Assembly (NCBI RefSeq): GCF_009914755.1 | Contig: NC_060931.1 | DNA from: the human T2T-CHM13v2.0 reference genome, Homo sapiens | DNA: 64,000 nucleotides | Direction: 5' to 3' (one strand) | In this document: positions 16,216 through 33,287 of the stretch, one piece after another | How the letters are laid out: every line of letters begins with the position of its first letter | Numbering within the stretch: the stretch's first letter is position 1 | Made by a program: the position numbers and the translations under genes | Notes under the pieces: generated by a model | What the model saw: only the letters and a program-made list of their open reading frames with translations | What the model was told of the DNA's origin: nothing | Database searches by the model: none

Positions 16216-17014
16216 GTTACCCTCCTCTCTATATCCCCTACAACTTGCTATAGAAGTAGTTAAGGTACATCTCTTAATCAAACTATTAGTCTTATAGTTA
16301 ACTGTCTCCTTGTCCTTACTTTTAATACCAGCCTACTTCCTTACACACAATTAATTTCCCACATTGCTTCAGAGTGATTCACGTAAAATGAATCTGACCC
16401 TACCGCTTTTTCTCTTAAAAGCTCCCTAACAGTTTCTCATTGTTTAGTATACATCCAGAATCCTTCCCACAGTACAGAAGACCCCCTGTGATCTTAATAT
16501 CTGCCTGTCTGTCCTGCCTCACCATGCTACCTTGAATTGTGTGTTTTATTGATACAGGCAATGTATTTTTTTGCATATAGCACACCATTTTGTGTTCTGC
16601 CCATGTTCTGCTTTATGCCTAAAATGCCCATCTCACTAACTTAGTCATCCTTCAATGCACCAAGATCCAAATCAGCTTTCCCTGAAAGCCCCTCCCCTCA
16701 CTCTCATCCTCATTCCCACTAGTTATGTCATTTATTCCAAGGATATACTAAATGTATCTTTGTCATTGCACCTACCACTTTTACTGAAATTATCTCTTCA
16801 TCCATCTTTAACTCACTAGAATGTGGGAGGTTTGAGGAAGGAATGGGAGAAGGGGTTAGGTCAAACATGATAAAACTGGAAAAGGGAAGATAATGCTAGA
16901 TCACAGAGAAGTTTGAATGCCATGCTCTAGAGCCCTGCGGTGTAATCAAATCTGCAGTTTTTAAAACAGTAACCCAGGTACAGTAAAACACTGAGAAAAC
17001 CATGGTTACTATAA

Positions 17015-17215
17015 CTAGGCTGACTCTTGTTTAAAACTCTACTCTGACCCTTAGTAGTTTTACCTTGGGTCTTTTGCAACAAAACTTTTTCAACTGTAGT
17101 TTTCTTAGTTTTCAAATGGTGGTAAATAGTATTTGTCCCCAAGAATTATGAGATTAAACAAGATAAAGTATAGAAAGTGGGTGTCTTGGATTTAACACAT
17201 TGCAGATTTTCAATA
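17015..17215 (+). mobile_element. MIR
   Basis: accttgggt...ttttcaaatggtggtaaatagta...tatgagattaaacaagataaagta. Confidence 0.6.
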
Positions 17216-17344
17216 CACATTTAAAAACATTTCTATTTAAATAGACTACCTCTAAGAATTTCAATAGGGTATGATCTTCCATATCATTGTGATTGATTTT
17301 TAAGGAAATTAGCATGTGGAATTAATTATTTTAAAAAGCATAAA

Positions 17345-17925
17345 TTATATTTGCACTCTCATGGTCATGGTGGCATTATTCACAAGAGCCATGATATGGA
17401 AACAACTTCAGTGTCCACCAGCAATGATTGGATAAAGAAATTGTGGTATGTATCTATGCAGTGGAATATTATTCAGCCTTAAAAAGAAGGAAATCCTGCC
17501 ATTTTGGAACAGCATAGATGATCCTGGAGGATACTATGCTATAGGGGAAATAAGCCAAACAGAGAAAAAAAAAATACTGCTTGATCTCACTTATATATGA
17601 GATCAAAAAAGAAAAAGAGAGAGAGAGAATAAAATGGTGATTATCAAGGGCAAGGAGTGGGAGATGTAAGACAAAGGGTACAAAGTTGCAGATATATAGG
17701 ATGAATAATTCTGGAGATCTAAGATACAATATGAAAACTCTAGTTATAATACCCACCATATACTGGAAATTTGTTAAGACTAGATTGTTGGTGCTCTTAC
17801 CACACACATCAAAAAAGGGTAACTACAGAAGAGAATGGATATGTTTATTTGTTTGACAGTAGAAACTGTTTCACTGTATATAAGTATATCAAAACCATAT
17901 TGTTCATCTTAAGTATATACCAGAA
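17345..17925 (+). mobile_element. L1MA (MA8/9-like) 3' end
   Basis: gcattattcacaagagcc...tattcagccttaaaaagaaggaaatcctgcc...caaagggtacaaagttgcag. Confidence 0.88.
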
Positions 17926-18253
17926 AAAGCATATATGTGAATTAACACCATTAAAAATGAATATTTATTTCTTTAAAATTTAACCATAATACTCCTTTAA
18001 AGGTTAAGTTCTCTACTTTTTATCCCCTTGATTAAAAAAAAATCATAATTTCCTTTTATGAATATCATGTTTCTTCTCAGTCTCTTTCAGCTGTCTCCTG
18101 TAAAAGGAAGTTTCATTTACATAGAAAAGTCATATTGTGAAAAAAATTGCTGCTCATATTTTTAAATAATTTATAGATTTTTGAAAAGCTTAGCTCATAG
18201 CCTTGTTTTGTATAGCATTAGATCAAATTATCATATTAAAAATATATTCTCAT

Positions 18254-18554
<301 letters not shown>

Positions 18555-19174
18555 TCATTTTTGTATTAGAAAGATGACAACTTTACAAGGCAAGTGAATT
18601 CTGTTCTTCACTTCCAAATATATTGAGGAACAGAAATTAAGATTTTAAAAATAAGTAATATATTTGTAATGACAATAATGACAATCATACCCATATAAAT
18701 CAAAGGAAAATAAATCCAGAACAAAACTCAAGATCATCTTTCCAAGCTTTATTTAAGTGGCAAAACAACTTAAACTAAAATATCTGAACATATGGGTATT
18801 GCTTATCTGTGACATGTGACTTAAGTAATTTGATACTAAGAAAGGGAATGTGTTGTTAATGGTGCAGTTATTAAATAGGTATAGTTATATGTATAAAAAT
18901 TAGAATTGATATCGATAACCTTATTACTTGTATTTCAATATACTTTTTTATGATTGTAAGAATTTGCATAATCTTGTGTATTCCCATGGGAGTAATGTTA
19001 TTCTTATAAACATCACTGATACCAATTTCCAGGCAGGAAGGAAAAAAAAAATCTAAGAACCATCCTTGTCTAACTTTCAACAGGAATATAAACTATTTTA
19101 AGAGCCAATTATTGTAGTAGTATTTTAATCATATTTCAGTATTTCCAATTGTTTACAGTTGCTTAACTATGATA

Positions 19175-19340
19175 TTTTCTTTTCTTTTTTTTTTTTTTTT
19201 TTTTGAGACAGGATCTCCCTCTGTGGCCCAGGCTGGAGTGCAGTGGTGCAATGATGGCTCACTGCAAACTTGACCTCCTGAGGTCAGGTGATCCTCCCGC
19301 CTCAGCCTTCCAAGTAGCATGATCCACCACACGCAGCTGG
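19175..19340 (-). mobile_element. AluJ right arm / FRAM-like monomer
   Basis: Poly(T) plus gagacaggatctccctctgtggcccaggctgg...; single arm. Confidence 0.85.
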
Positions 19341-19378
19341 TTCTTGACTTTTGCATTTTCAGGAAAATTCTGTTATTT

Positions 19379-19439
19379 TTCCACATTGCTTGACTCTTCC
19401 AAATTGCTTGATGCTTCCAAATTGCTTGACTCTTCCAAA
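19379..19439. repeat. 18-bp minisatellite, about 3.3 copies (ttccaaattgcttgactc)
   Basis: ccacattgcttgactctt|ccaaattgcttgatgctt|ccaaattgcttgactctt|ccaaa. Confidence 0.9.
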
Positions 19440-19451
19440 GGTTCAAATACA

Positions 19452-19968
19452 CCATCTATTTAATGCTTCCTAAAAAACCATACTAAACTTAGTGGCCTGA
19501 AACAACAACAATTTATTTCTCATGATTCTGTGGACCGAGGGAGGTGCTGGCTAGGTGGCTTCTGTTCCACCTAGTAATAGGCTGAGGTCACTCACGTGGT
19601 GGCTGGCTTCATCCGGAGGTGGGGCTGGGCTTGACCTTCCAAGAAGGCTTCAACCTCCTAGCTGACTTCTCAGTGCTCTTCTGTGGCCTCTCTTTCCCAA
19701 TGTTGTCTCTCATTATTCAGCATAGAGCCAGTTTTAGTTCAGCATGGCACCTGGCTACCTAGCGGGAAGGAAAAAGCAGCCAGTCCTCTTAAGAGCTAGG
19801 CCCAGAACTGGCAAAGCAGCACTTCTGCGACTTTCTATTGTTCCTGGCAAGTCAGGAGGGTAGCACAGCTGGAAAGGAGGGGAAATAGACTCCATCTCTT
19901 GTTGGAGGAGCAGTGTGGGAAGAGCCGTAGGAACTACTGGGAGCCATATTTAGTGATGAGCTGCCATG
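19452..19968 (-). mobile_element. MLT1 (H/J-like) MaLR solo LTR
   Basis: aaacttagtggcctgaaacaacaacaatttatttctcatgattctgtgg; cagaactggca..cacttctgc..ttctattg; ggaaatagactccatctcttg. Confidence 0.85.
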
Positions 19969-20174
19969 GTATCCTTTATGTATTAAAATAAAAACCCCTG
20001 ACGATGGTATGCTTTTTCATATTACAAATAAGAAAACAGAAAGGTTAAATGGGCAAATCATTGTGGAGTCAAAAGCAAAAGTTGTATTTTCAGACTTATG
20101 GTCCAGTAAGGTTTTCCTTTCAGTTTTACTTGACTAACATTCGTCCAAATATTTTATTCTAGATTTCCGAATAA

Positions 20175-20636
<462 letters not shown>

Positions 20637-20754
20637 TAGTATAATGCCCTAGTATATCTAATTCATGTCTTCAGAACGATTGTGTAGCTAGTGTTTTATG
20701 TTTTGTTTTGGTTTGGTTTTTACCTAATTTTAACAGCTTAGCAATGAAAATCAC

Positions 20755-20882
20755 ATTTATTTATTTATTTATTTATTCACTCAACAAATAATTTATTGAG
20801 CTCCTGCGAGGTGTCATGTATTATGTCAGGCCCTGGGCATCCATACAGGAATGAGGGGGAGTCATGGCTCAAAGAACCCACA
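20755..20882 (-). mobile_element. L2 3' end
   Basis: (ATTT)n cactcaacaaataatttattgagctcctgc...aggccctggg. Confidence 0.75.
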
Positions 20883-21144
20883 AGGTTACTTATCTTCAGT
20901 AAGTAAGTTAGGTTTGTTTAGTCAGATTTATCTGTTGTATATCTTCACAAGCCTTCAGTTAAAAACTTGCTGTTTTCTAGAGCTTATAAAGCAATATAAA
21001 ATATTAATCACCCAGTAGTGAGTGTAACTGGGTTGAAATTCCCAAACTTCTGTGTTTTAAAGTAAATGCACATTTTCTTTTTCTAGTTGTCTAGTGCAAT
21101 GTAAATATGTTATCAGTTGCTTTAGTGAAACTGAGATACCAGTT

Positions 21145-21310
21145 GGGATACTGTAGTGCAGAGGTAAGAATGTTGACAGGGATTCATGTCACAGGTCTTA
21201 ACTTTTCATATACTAATTATATAATCTTGAGAAAGTTACATAATCTTTCTTGTTCTCAGTGTCCTCGTATTTGTGTAAGTCTGACTAGATAATTTTCATA
21301 TCCTATGAAT
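21145..21310 (+). mobile_element. MIR3-like SINE
   Basis: tcttgagaaagttacataatctttct..ctcagtgtcctc...gactagataatt. Confidence 0.55.
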
Positions 21311-22637
21311 AACATCAGTTACCTACATTAATTGTTTAGCATTATTTCCTTGTTCTCCTTCCTTAGTTCTCTCACAAATGAAAAGAAAGCAAATGATTTG
21401 TACACATGAAATAGTTTCAGTGGCAATCAAAAACTATATCAGGGAGATAAGAAAATTGCTTTGTTATAGCTCTAGAATCTTCATGGGAGGAAAGTGGAGG
21501 GAGGTTGAAAGGGGAGAACTTGGGGATTACTTTTTACCTTGGAGATTTTCATATTTCTTCCTCTATCCGAATCTTTACCATCCCTCCTTCCTTGAGACTG
21601 TCTTAATAAGCTGCAGTTATTGACGGGAAGGTGTCTGCTGACTCAAGTTATGTTGAGTGTGCAGAGGAAAAACGGGCTAGAAAATGAAAAGTTCTCCTCT
21701 AGTGCATTTTTTTTAAGTTAAAGGTCCAATAGCCCTCCTGCTGTTGCATCAGTTCTCTGCAAATGCTGAAGTATAATCATACCTATCTTTGAGTTTAAAA
21801 ATGACATTTATGATGATTTCATTAGCTTAAACTCACCTTAAGCACAAAGAAAACAGTTTTATCTGCTTTGAATATCTTTAAAGTTTGGCTTCTCTGTTTC
21901 ATTGTACATTTATATTTAGCTTCTGATAATAATTTCATTTTGGTTGTCTGATCACATAAGAGTTTGTTCTGTCTGATTTTGTGAACTATTATACTTTTCC
22001 TTTTAATGTATGGGTCATTACTTAACCATTGTTAGCCCTTATTTCTAGGATATTTATTATTCTATTTGACCATGATTGTGTCCTGCTATATGTGTTATTT
22101 TTCTGAGGTGGAATTTTTTTTTTTGGCTGAATATCAAGACTACTGTTCACCTGTATGTATTTATATCATGAATAAAATTCAAACTTTAGGCAACTTGCTT
22201 TATTCTGGTTTGTATTATTTCTCATGAGTTGCTTTTTGTTTTGTACATCTAACTAGGTTTCTTTCTGAAATTTAAAGTTCTCCTGTGGCATTATCTTGTG
22301 ACTTTGCCATCTTCCATTTCTTCTCTCTCCTCCCTTTCTGTCTTCCTTTCATTCTTTCTTCTTCACTCCCTCCCTTCCCTTCCCTTGATTATTCAGTACT
22401 TTCCTTATCTGCAAGGCACTAGGCTGGATGCTACCATGTTTTCCCTCAACCTGCTTCTTAGACTATTTTAACTTTCCCCACTCTCTTTTATTAATCTTAT
22501 TTTTGCCAATTTCTTTTAAATTCTTCACAGATCTATTAAAAACAGTTTCTAGCTCAAAAAAAAAATGTATGAGCTACTCAGATGTTAGCTCTGGTTTCTA
22601 TTTGTGCATGTCAGAATTGTCTTAAAAGAACAAACAC

Positions 22638-22974
<337 letters not shown>

Positions 22975-23003
22975 TCAGCTCTGGGCACTCATTTTCAGCA
23001 TAA

Positions 23004-23310
<307 letters not shown>

Positions 23311-23667
23311 TCTCAGCATAGTATCTTTTCACATCATAGTCTTTGAGCTGATATTTTCCTTTTGAGTTGAAATCAGACATATGCATTCTGAGTTGATTAT
23401 CATAGCTTTCTCTGTAAGAGTAACTGGTTGCCAAATACTACTAAATGTGCTACCTGATGTGCTAATAGAAAGGGCTTTGCAGTAAATGTCTTGGGAATTA
23501 AGATTAACTATAATCATTAAGTCCTATGATCTGAAGCACTACAATCTGTTTACATGTATTAGTTGTCTTTTTATAGCAAATGATACAAGAATCAATCAAT
23601 ACATTAATTATAACTTGCAAATAGTTCATCCAAGATGCAGTATATGCATTGTTGTATTTTTTAAATT

Positions 23668-23870
<203 letters not shown>

Positions 23871-23951
23871 TGATTAGTATATGTAGAAATTTCGGAGGAG
23901 AAAACTATATTTGAAGAAAATCAAATAGGCATCTCATTTTGAATGTTTAGA

Positions 23952-24160
23952 ACAGTGCTTTCCAATAGAACATTCTGTGATGATATAAATGTTCCATACT
24001 CTTTGCTGTTCAACACAATGGCCACTATCCACATGTGGCTACTGAGCCCATGAAAGTGGCCAATGTCACTGAGGAAATGAATGTTTTAATGTGTTTAATT
24101 TTAAGGAATTTAAATATAAATGGGTACATGTGGCTAATGGCAAACATGTTGAACAGTGAA
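23952..24160 (+). mobile_element. MER3 (hAT-Charlie)
   Basis: tccaatagaacattctgtgatgat...ccacatgtggctactgagc...tacatgtggctaatggc. Confidence 0.88.
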
Positions 24161-25774
24161 GATCAAGACCATTTAAAATGTATTTGATTATAAGTGATAG
24201 ACCACTGAATATCAAAATATGTGACCTTACTCATTTTATGTGTAATCATTTTATGGGAAATTTTACTTAATTTACATTTTTCTAAGTAAAAAAATACAAT
24301 TAAAATGCAAATCAACATATTTAATACAGTGAGTGGTGGTGACTAGATTAGTTTGGTGGTAGGAGGGATTAGCCCCATTCCATAATCTCTGTTATGGCTC
24401 TCCCACTAGCCACCTGAATGGTAAGTCCAGGTAAAAAACAGTACAGTATGCATGCCGTAAATATTATTTCAATACAAGTGTCCTCATATTCAGAGTAAGA
24501 AGAAAGAACAAGGAAATGATAGATCTGATGCTTGAGATGTAATCAATAACTAACAAAGAGAGAGACAGTGTTTCTAGCTCTATTTTGACTATATATTTTT
24601 TTTTAAATCAGAAAGAACAATCTTTGGATTGAAAACATGCTAAGCAAATACCATTAAAAAGGAAACAGAATCCATAGAGAAAGGATTGTAAAAAAGCAGC
24701 TCCTTGTTTCCAAACCTAGAATGAACAAATTTTATTCCCCTGTAAGTTGATAACATTTGTAAATGAGGTTTGTGAAACTGCAGTCTGGAAATTTTTAGTA
24801 AATGTGGAGAGCAGAAATGTTGCCCAAAGAACTGTGCAAAGGGTAGATACTAAGACCTCCATTTAAACAGAAAGGAGAGAGGGAGGAGAGAGAGAAAAAG
24901 AGACAGAGAAAGGTAGGTGGGTGCTCAAACTTACAAAATTGTGACCAGAACAGATAACTAAAGGGATGACTTACGACCTTTAAAAAAGGAAAGCAGTGTT
25001 CACTAGAAGCAACCATGAGTTCACAGAGAAAAACTTTTGTCCAACTAACCACACTGTCTGTTTTGACTAAGGAAAAAAGAAAAAAACGTGTTGTAGGTTG
25101 TCTATATGAAAGTAATTGAAAAGGTTTCCCATGATAGCCCAAATAAGATAAAGAAATAAGGAGGAGATGATAATGTAGTTGGGTAGATCATAATTAGTTG
25201 AACATCCAAGCCCAAAGAGTACTGATTAGCTGAAGGGTGAACTCTGTGTGTGTGATAAAGAGCTCAGTCTTTAGTCCTGTTTCTGTTTTTGTTTTTTCAC
25301 CATTTGTTTCAGTGGCTTACATTTGCGATGAGCAAGCACCTTTGCATAAAAAGCAATTCAAGAAAAACAAAAATATTCATGGCTATATGGTAGTCCATGA
25401 TGGTAGTATTCATGGCTATATGGTTTTATCACTTATAATCAAAAGAACCAACCAAACAAACAAAAAACCTGTTTGTGACATACTACTCTACTCATCATGA
25501 GTGTTAGCCCATCTGTGCCATGTTGTTTTAGTAATCATCTTCCATGCCCACACCTTGATAGAGTAATACATGATTTAAATTTTAGTTCTTTTCCAAATGT
25601 TCCAAATTTCTATAATTATCATGTGTTATTTAAAGAATCACTCCCTTTTCCATCTATTTCACATTATATGGATACTGTCTTAGAAGATGTGGACATTATA
25701 GTTGATTTAGGTAAGCTATCAATATTAGATTGCTAAGAGGACAATCTGATTCCTTTTTAAAAATTAATTACTTA

Positions 25775-25904
25775 ATTATTTTTAAATAGAGATGAGGTGT
25801 CGCCGTGTTGCCAAGACTGTTCTCAAACTCCTGGGGTCAAGCAATCCTCCCTCCTCAGCCTCCCTAAGTGCTGGGATTACAGGCATGAGCCACAACGTCT
25901 AGCC
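25775..25904 (-). mobile_element. FLAM_C / AluJ left monomer
   Basis: tagagatgaggtgtcgccgtgttgccaag...ggattacaggcatgagcc. Confidence 0.88.
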
Positions 25905-26026
25905 TTTGTTCTTTTTTAAAGCTTTATTTTCACAACTATTTTATGAAAGAGAATAGAGACACTACTCCCATTCTACTTTTTACTCACTAGATTGGAATTT
26001 CTCACCTAGTTAATAAATTTTAAGAG

Positions 26027-26345
26027 GTATCAGACAATTTGGAAGGCATTCATAAGATAGTGAATAGGATGCATAGAAACTTATTAGAGTGATTAGAGCC
26101 CATTTTATTTGATTCTAGGGGATAAAATGAGAACCAATAAAGTCTAAGCCTTAAAGAGATGGAGTTGGGCTGAGTTTAAAGAAAAATGTTTCAACAGAGT
26201 ATTCTAAAGGGTTAGTAAACCACCTATTAAAAGAGTGAGTTCTCTGTCACTTTTAGGATTCTAGCAGACTTTGAATATCCAATTAGCAGGGAGGTTTGTT
26301 GAGCAATTTCAGATAGCCCAAAGATAACAGCCTATCCAATCTTAG
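26027..26345 (+). mobile_element. L3/CR1 LINE 3' fragment
   Basis: gtgagttctctgtcact..aggattctagcagactttgaatatccaattagcaggga resembles CR1 3' core. Confidence 0.55.
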
Positions 26346-28489
26346 ATTCCTATTTTCTGTAGCAAAGCCTTGAAGATGATTAGCACACTTTGGGAAGCGA
26401 GTGTTACCAATTGAGTAGCCAGGCCATGTTCTAACTTCATTTTTACCCTCTTCTCTTCCCTTGTTCTTCATGGCTAAGTGCTTTAATGACACCTTACCTG
26501 ATGGCAATGTTGGAAGAAGAAAGTAGTCAGACTTCTCCAGAAATCACTCCCTTCCCTCCCATCTGTTGAGGCTCACTGCTAAGCCTGAATATTTGAGAAC
26601 CCTTCCTGAGAGTCTTACCCACGAAGCATTAGCTTTAGACTCCCTCATTATACCCAAATCATATTTATTGCAACATGGACTAGGATTTAAATTTCTAGAG
26701 TAAACCATTGGAGCTTCTCTTCTTGTTCCTAGATCTCAGCTTACTTTCTTTTTGAGTTCCATTCTGACAAAATGGCCCTTACTGATTTCCAAACCTCAGT
26801 TCCTCACCTATGGCCACTTTATATTACTGGAATTTTGCTAGAGACCCATCACTGGAGTAATGCTGGAAGTTTGTCTATTCAGAAAATGCCTCAACTATTC
26901 CATGCTCTTGCCTCTTATTCTCATTACTGAAATTTCTACCCCAGAGACTTCAGTCCCCAGGATTTCAGTCAGGTGAGTAGCTCCAAGGGAACTATGGCAC
27001 AACAGCATTCCAAGAATCCATTTCTTCTTTGTTCAGATGTCTAAGTATCAATGGCCTCCCAGATGTGTTGTCACTATGGTTACTTACTTTTCAAGACCTT
27101 GTGCCACCTCAGCTTGGTTCTTCAGATTTTGCTTGTACTGTCATTGGAGATTCTTGTAAATCTTCAAACTTTGGTCTTTTGCATTCCCAGCTAAAACTTT
27201 CCTGATGCCAGTCTTGATGTAGTAGATGAATTTACTGATTTCTCCAGTCTTGGGCCCAATCTTGGATTTGTAAGCTGTCAGGTATCACTGAAAAATCTTA
27301 AACATGGAACACTTGTGTTGAAACTTTTTTGAAACTCCAGTCAGCTTTTATTGCTTTCCATATTTTAGGAATCGTTGCCAGATAATGTCAATTTTGTAAC
27401 TAATGTAACAAAAGGAAGAGACATGTTTTATATGAATGACACAAAGAATCAAGCTTAAGGTTTTCTTTTTGCTTTTCCCAAATTCAAAACACCACAAACA
27501 GCTCACTATTTTCTAAATAGAGCAAGGACACTTTTCAAAATTGAAATTGTAAATATAACACCTGTGTGCTAAGCTCTGCAATGTGTGAAATTTGAGATTG
27601 TTGTTGCTAATGTTCAAAGCATAGAAAGTCTGAGTAGTGACTGTCTAGGATCAGCAAGTATGCTCACCACAGTCAGTTCCTGGAGTTGAATTATTTGAAA
27701 TTGGCAGGTGGTTTCTCTTTTTCCATAGATTTCATTCCCCTTTTCCTGACAGTACATGTGTTTGGTGACCTCCACTGTTTATTTAGCTTCTGCATACATT
27801 CCTTAGAATTTGTTTAATGTGTGGTTTTTTTGGTTGCTTGTGTTTCTTGTTATGCTTGGCTACTACTAGAAGGAGGAGTGGTGGTGGTCTGCTTTGGGTT
27901 GGCAGTCAAAACAAATGTGATACTCATTTTAAATATCTGGCTTTGAATTTTCATATAAAAATATAAGCACCATTTACATAAGTATATTGCTTGAATTGAA
28001 TTTATTTTCCATTCCCCACTTGCTCCTGAAAGAAGTGCCTGTAAACTCCAAAATGATTTAAGAGAGAGCATCGGAAGGAAAGAAAAGTGAAGAGTGAGAG
28101 TAAGCCACTAACTGCTTAATCAAACCTGAATGAGCCAAACAAAGTCCAACTGTGATTTACTTTCTGCATCATAAGTTGGAACTATTGCAACTGTGAAGAG
28201 TTAATCTCTCACTTATACCTCCTTACTTCTTACTGCCTTCCCGGTTGTTGTTTACTTGCTCTGTCTGTTACAAACTGGCAGTCACATCGCATACCCTATT
28301 ATAGTTAGTACACTTTGGGGTCTGAGGAGGATGGGAACAAGAAAACAAAGAAATAGAAAATTAGAAAAATCAAAAGGAATTTATGAATAGAAGATACTTT
28401 CTTATTATTAATATTGTCATTTTTGAAAAGCATTAACAGTAAGGTAGTAGAAAGCATTGACATTTGGAGTGGATCTGATTTGGAAGGCC

Positions 28490-29530
28490 CTTCTGGGATC
28501 TCTCTACTCTGGGTTTTCAGAACCTTTCCATCACCTGGTATTCTTCACATCCCTTTGTCTGTTGGTTTTTAGACTCTCTTTTTTTGCCCATTCATTAAAT
28601 GCTACTCGTCCCCAAAGGCATTGTCCTCAGTCTACTGCTGTTCTTCTGCAATGCTTCAGCTACAATGTATACATATGTTAATGACCTGAACTTTTCTATT
28701 TCCTAGCTGTGATCTCTACCCAAAGCTTCATGTACATTTCATTATAACTGTTTATGAGAATTTTCCCTTAGTGACAGTAGGCACTTTAAATGGATCACTT
28801 CTAGAACTGATCATTTTATTCTTCCCCTAAAGTAGTGTTTCTCCTCTGAAATCCTCTTAAGTTCTAGAATCCTAGGAGTCATTTTTGATTTCTCAGTTAC
28901 TTTAAAGTTTGCCCGTATCTATTCAATCCAGGACCAAATTCTGGCTCTGCATTGTGTGTGTGTGTGCATGTGTGTATGTGTATGTGTGTGTAATGCAGTT
29001 ATTGTCATGTCGCTCACTTGCTTAAGAAAATTCTTCAATTGTTTATTATTACCTTCAGGATAAAATCCAAACTACTTAAGGTGACATTGACATCTTTTAA
29101 TGATTTAGTGCCAACTTACTTACCCATCTTACTGTTTTCACACTCCCTGGCTCATAACTTAATCTCTAGCAATCCTGCTTGTAGTTCCCTACGCTACATA
29201 CGGGTCCTCGCTATAATGCCTGTCTTTGCTCATGTTATCCCCTACCTGGAACAACTCTTTCTCATTCTTTTTAAATCTCAATCATTCCCTCTTTCAGAAA
29301 GAATTTCAAACAATTCTTCTCAAGTAAGTTAGGCGTCATTCCTCCTTGCTTCCACAAAAATACGATGAATGCATGATACAATACATCAAAATTATCTTTT
29401 TATATATCTATCCCCTGCAAACTACTGTGAGCTTTTTAAGACTCAGGATTATTCAACTTCCAATTCTCATCAGTTAACACAGAATCTGACATGTAATAAG
29501 TGCTCAATAAATATTTCATTTACTTAATGA
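28490..29530 (+). mobile_element. L2 LINE relic with internal (TG)n at 28953-28990
   Basis: cctaggagtcatttttgatttctc, aggataaaatccaaact; terminal taataagtgctcaataaatattt. Confidence 0.8.
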
Positions 29531-30759
29531 AAAAAAGTCATTAATGAAGACTGAATACCTTGAAAATTGTTCTTTCTGCTTTTGGATTTTGCACATAAGA
29601 ACTCTTAGTAAAGCACTTATCTATTCTCAGTCTTCACTTGGCCTCTCTTTTTGGCAACTGAAATGACTCATTTTCTTTACAGCTCCTCCCTTTGGCACTC
29701 TCGTGGCCTGTGATCGGCTCCTGTTCAACTCTTCCTCTTGGCCTTCTTGACCACAGACTCAAATGCCCTGAGAGAATCAGAGCTGTCCCCTTGTCTTTCT
29801 TCTTCCATTGCCAGTTTTATAAATGGAAGATCTAAATATATGTGAGTGTATGTGTACATATATAGTATATATATATAGTATCTGTCAAGTTTTCAACAGG
29901 AAAAAAGGTCTCAGTCACACAATATCCTATGTCGTATACAATATTACACCATGATATATGAGATTAAAAGAGTAAGGGTTACCAGCTGAAAACAAGAAAG
30001 TGCAAAACTTCTTTTTTGGGTCAATGCTTTCTGGACCTTCTGAGCAGCTCATCCTTATTCTTGACTTTGTGGTCACCTCAAAGCTGATTGCTAGTGACAT
30101 TTTCACAGTGGTAAGTTTTTACAAAGATATCTAAAAACCACAATAAAAAGTTTATATTTTAGTTGGTATGCCTAGAATTATAGAAAATATCCGTGACTAT
30201 GTTTAACTTCTGTCTTTATCAGACATAATTCTCAATTTTATAAGTTGATGTGTTGATAAAATGGTGATTAAAAAGGAAGCAGATGTTTTGTGCATTAGGA
30301 AGCAATGAAGATTATAGAAAGTGTGTAACTGGAATAGCTATAACCTTCTTTTATTTATTTATTCTTCTGATTTGCCATAGTATGTCAAAGGAAAATATTT
30401 TAGATCTGTAATAATTTTTTGCAATATAAAAGATATTAAAATAATAAAATGAAAGTAATTGTGATGTGAAAAGTATTATGATCATTTGTTATATTTAATT
30501 CTTTATAGTACTAAACCATGAAGCTATTTAAATTATTTTGGTTTTGAAAGCAGATATTTAGAGTTTTGTTATTATCACATCATACTTACGATAGTCCATA
30601 TTGTTCTTAATTAGGGAGTATCAATTTACTGTAGATAGTCCTTAACTTCTAGGAGTTTATAGGTAAAATGGAAAGAATTTCAATATAATTTTGTATACAG
30701 TGGCCATGCCATGAACTGCCCTACAAATGAAATAAATTTTCAGTGACTTTTAAAAATGT

Positions 30760-31257
30760 TAGAAACAACCTACAAAAGCAAAATTGTCTCCTGGCTCCCT
30801 GCATGGCCCCTGACTCTACTCATTTCACAATATTCTCCCATTGCTCTCTTAGCTGCAACTTGCCTTACAGTCTCTTTGTTATACCACAGGATCTTTGTTC
30901 AAAATCTTCCTTCTACTTGGAATGTTTTCCCCCGACCCTCCCAAATGCTCACAAACACATACCATGCTAGTTCCTATCTATCTTCCATTTTAACTAAAAC
31001 ATCCCTTCTTTTCAGAGCTTTATCATTCTAAACCAAATAAAGTCATTTTATAAAGTTATTTTATGATACTTATTACTATTTATGATTATATGTTATTTGT
31101 GTGGTTATTTTATTAACATTTGTCTTTTTGGTAGCCTATAAGATTTATGAGATCAGAGATTATTTTTGGTGGTTCATTGTATTCCCAACATCTGGCCCAG
31201 TTTTTGGCACGTAGTAGATGTTGGGTCTCTATATACTGGATGGATGAGTGAATGAAT
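30760..31257 (+). mobile_element. L2 3' region
   Basis: cttctacttggaatgttttcc...tttggcacgtagtagatg...gagtgaatgaat. Confidence 0.72.
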
Positions 31258-31519
31258 TTTTCAGACTACTGCCAGAGGCTTCTTATTAAGATCAGTTCAG
31301 TTATGACACTTTTCTTCCTTTGCTTTCCTATGGCTTTAAATACTATACAGAATACTTTTTATTATACCCAACACATTTTGTCGTCTTTCCCTAACATACA
31401 AATCCAGTTAGACTTCCAATTCATCCTAGATACCTACCATCCTCCTTCTCCATGTTTTTATCTCTCCCTCGGGGAAGGGGAAGGGGGAGAGCATTTCCCT
31501 TTGTGTTCTTGTTTTCCTT

Positions 31520-32625
<1,106 letters not shown>

Positions 32626-32842
32626 TTATTTTTTTCCAACTTGTAGCCTAGGTTGTTGTACTCCAAAGCTCATGTGCTGCACTAGTGTGCAAACAGGTTT
32701 GCTAATTTGTGCACTACCCAGTGACCACTCAAGGGTTTGGGATATGACTAGCTGAAAGGGTTAATGAGTAGCTGGGCTTACCTGTAATCATGGTTTCTTT
32801 ATGCTACATGCATGGAGTTTAAAGATAGATGAAGCCCCTTGA

Positions 32843-33287
<445 letters not shown>

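Noticed and set aside
19379-19439. CRISPR-like repeat array
   Set aside because: Contiguous tandem units with no spacers, in mammalian DNA
24330-24426. Possible plus-strand exon ending ATG|GTAAGT with an imperfect hairpin
   Set aside because: No convincing polypyrimidine tract; hairpin too imperfect for a pre-miRNA
26530-27300. Pyrimidine-biased block that may be an ancient repeat or pseudogene
   Set aside because: No recognisable consensus match or reading frame
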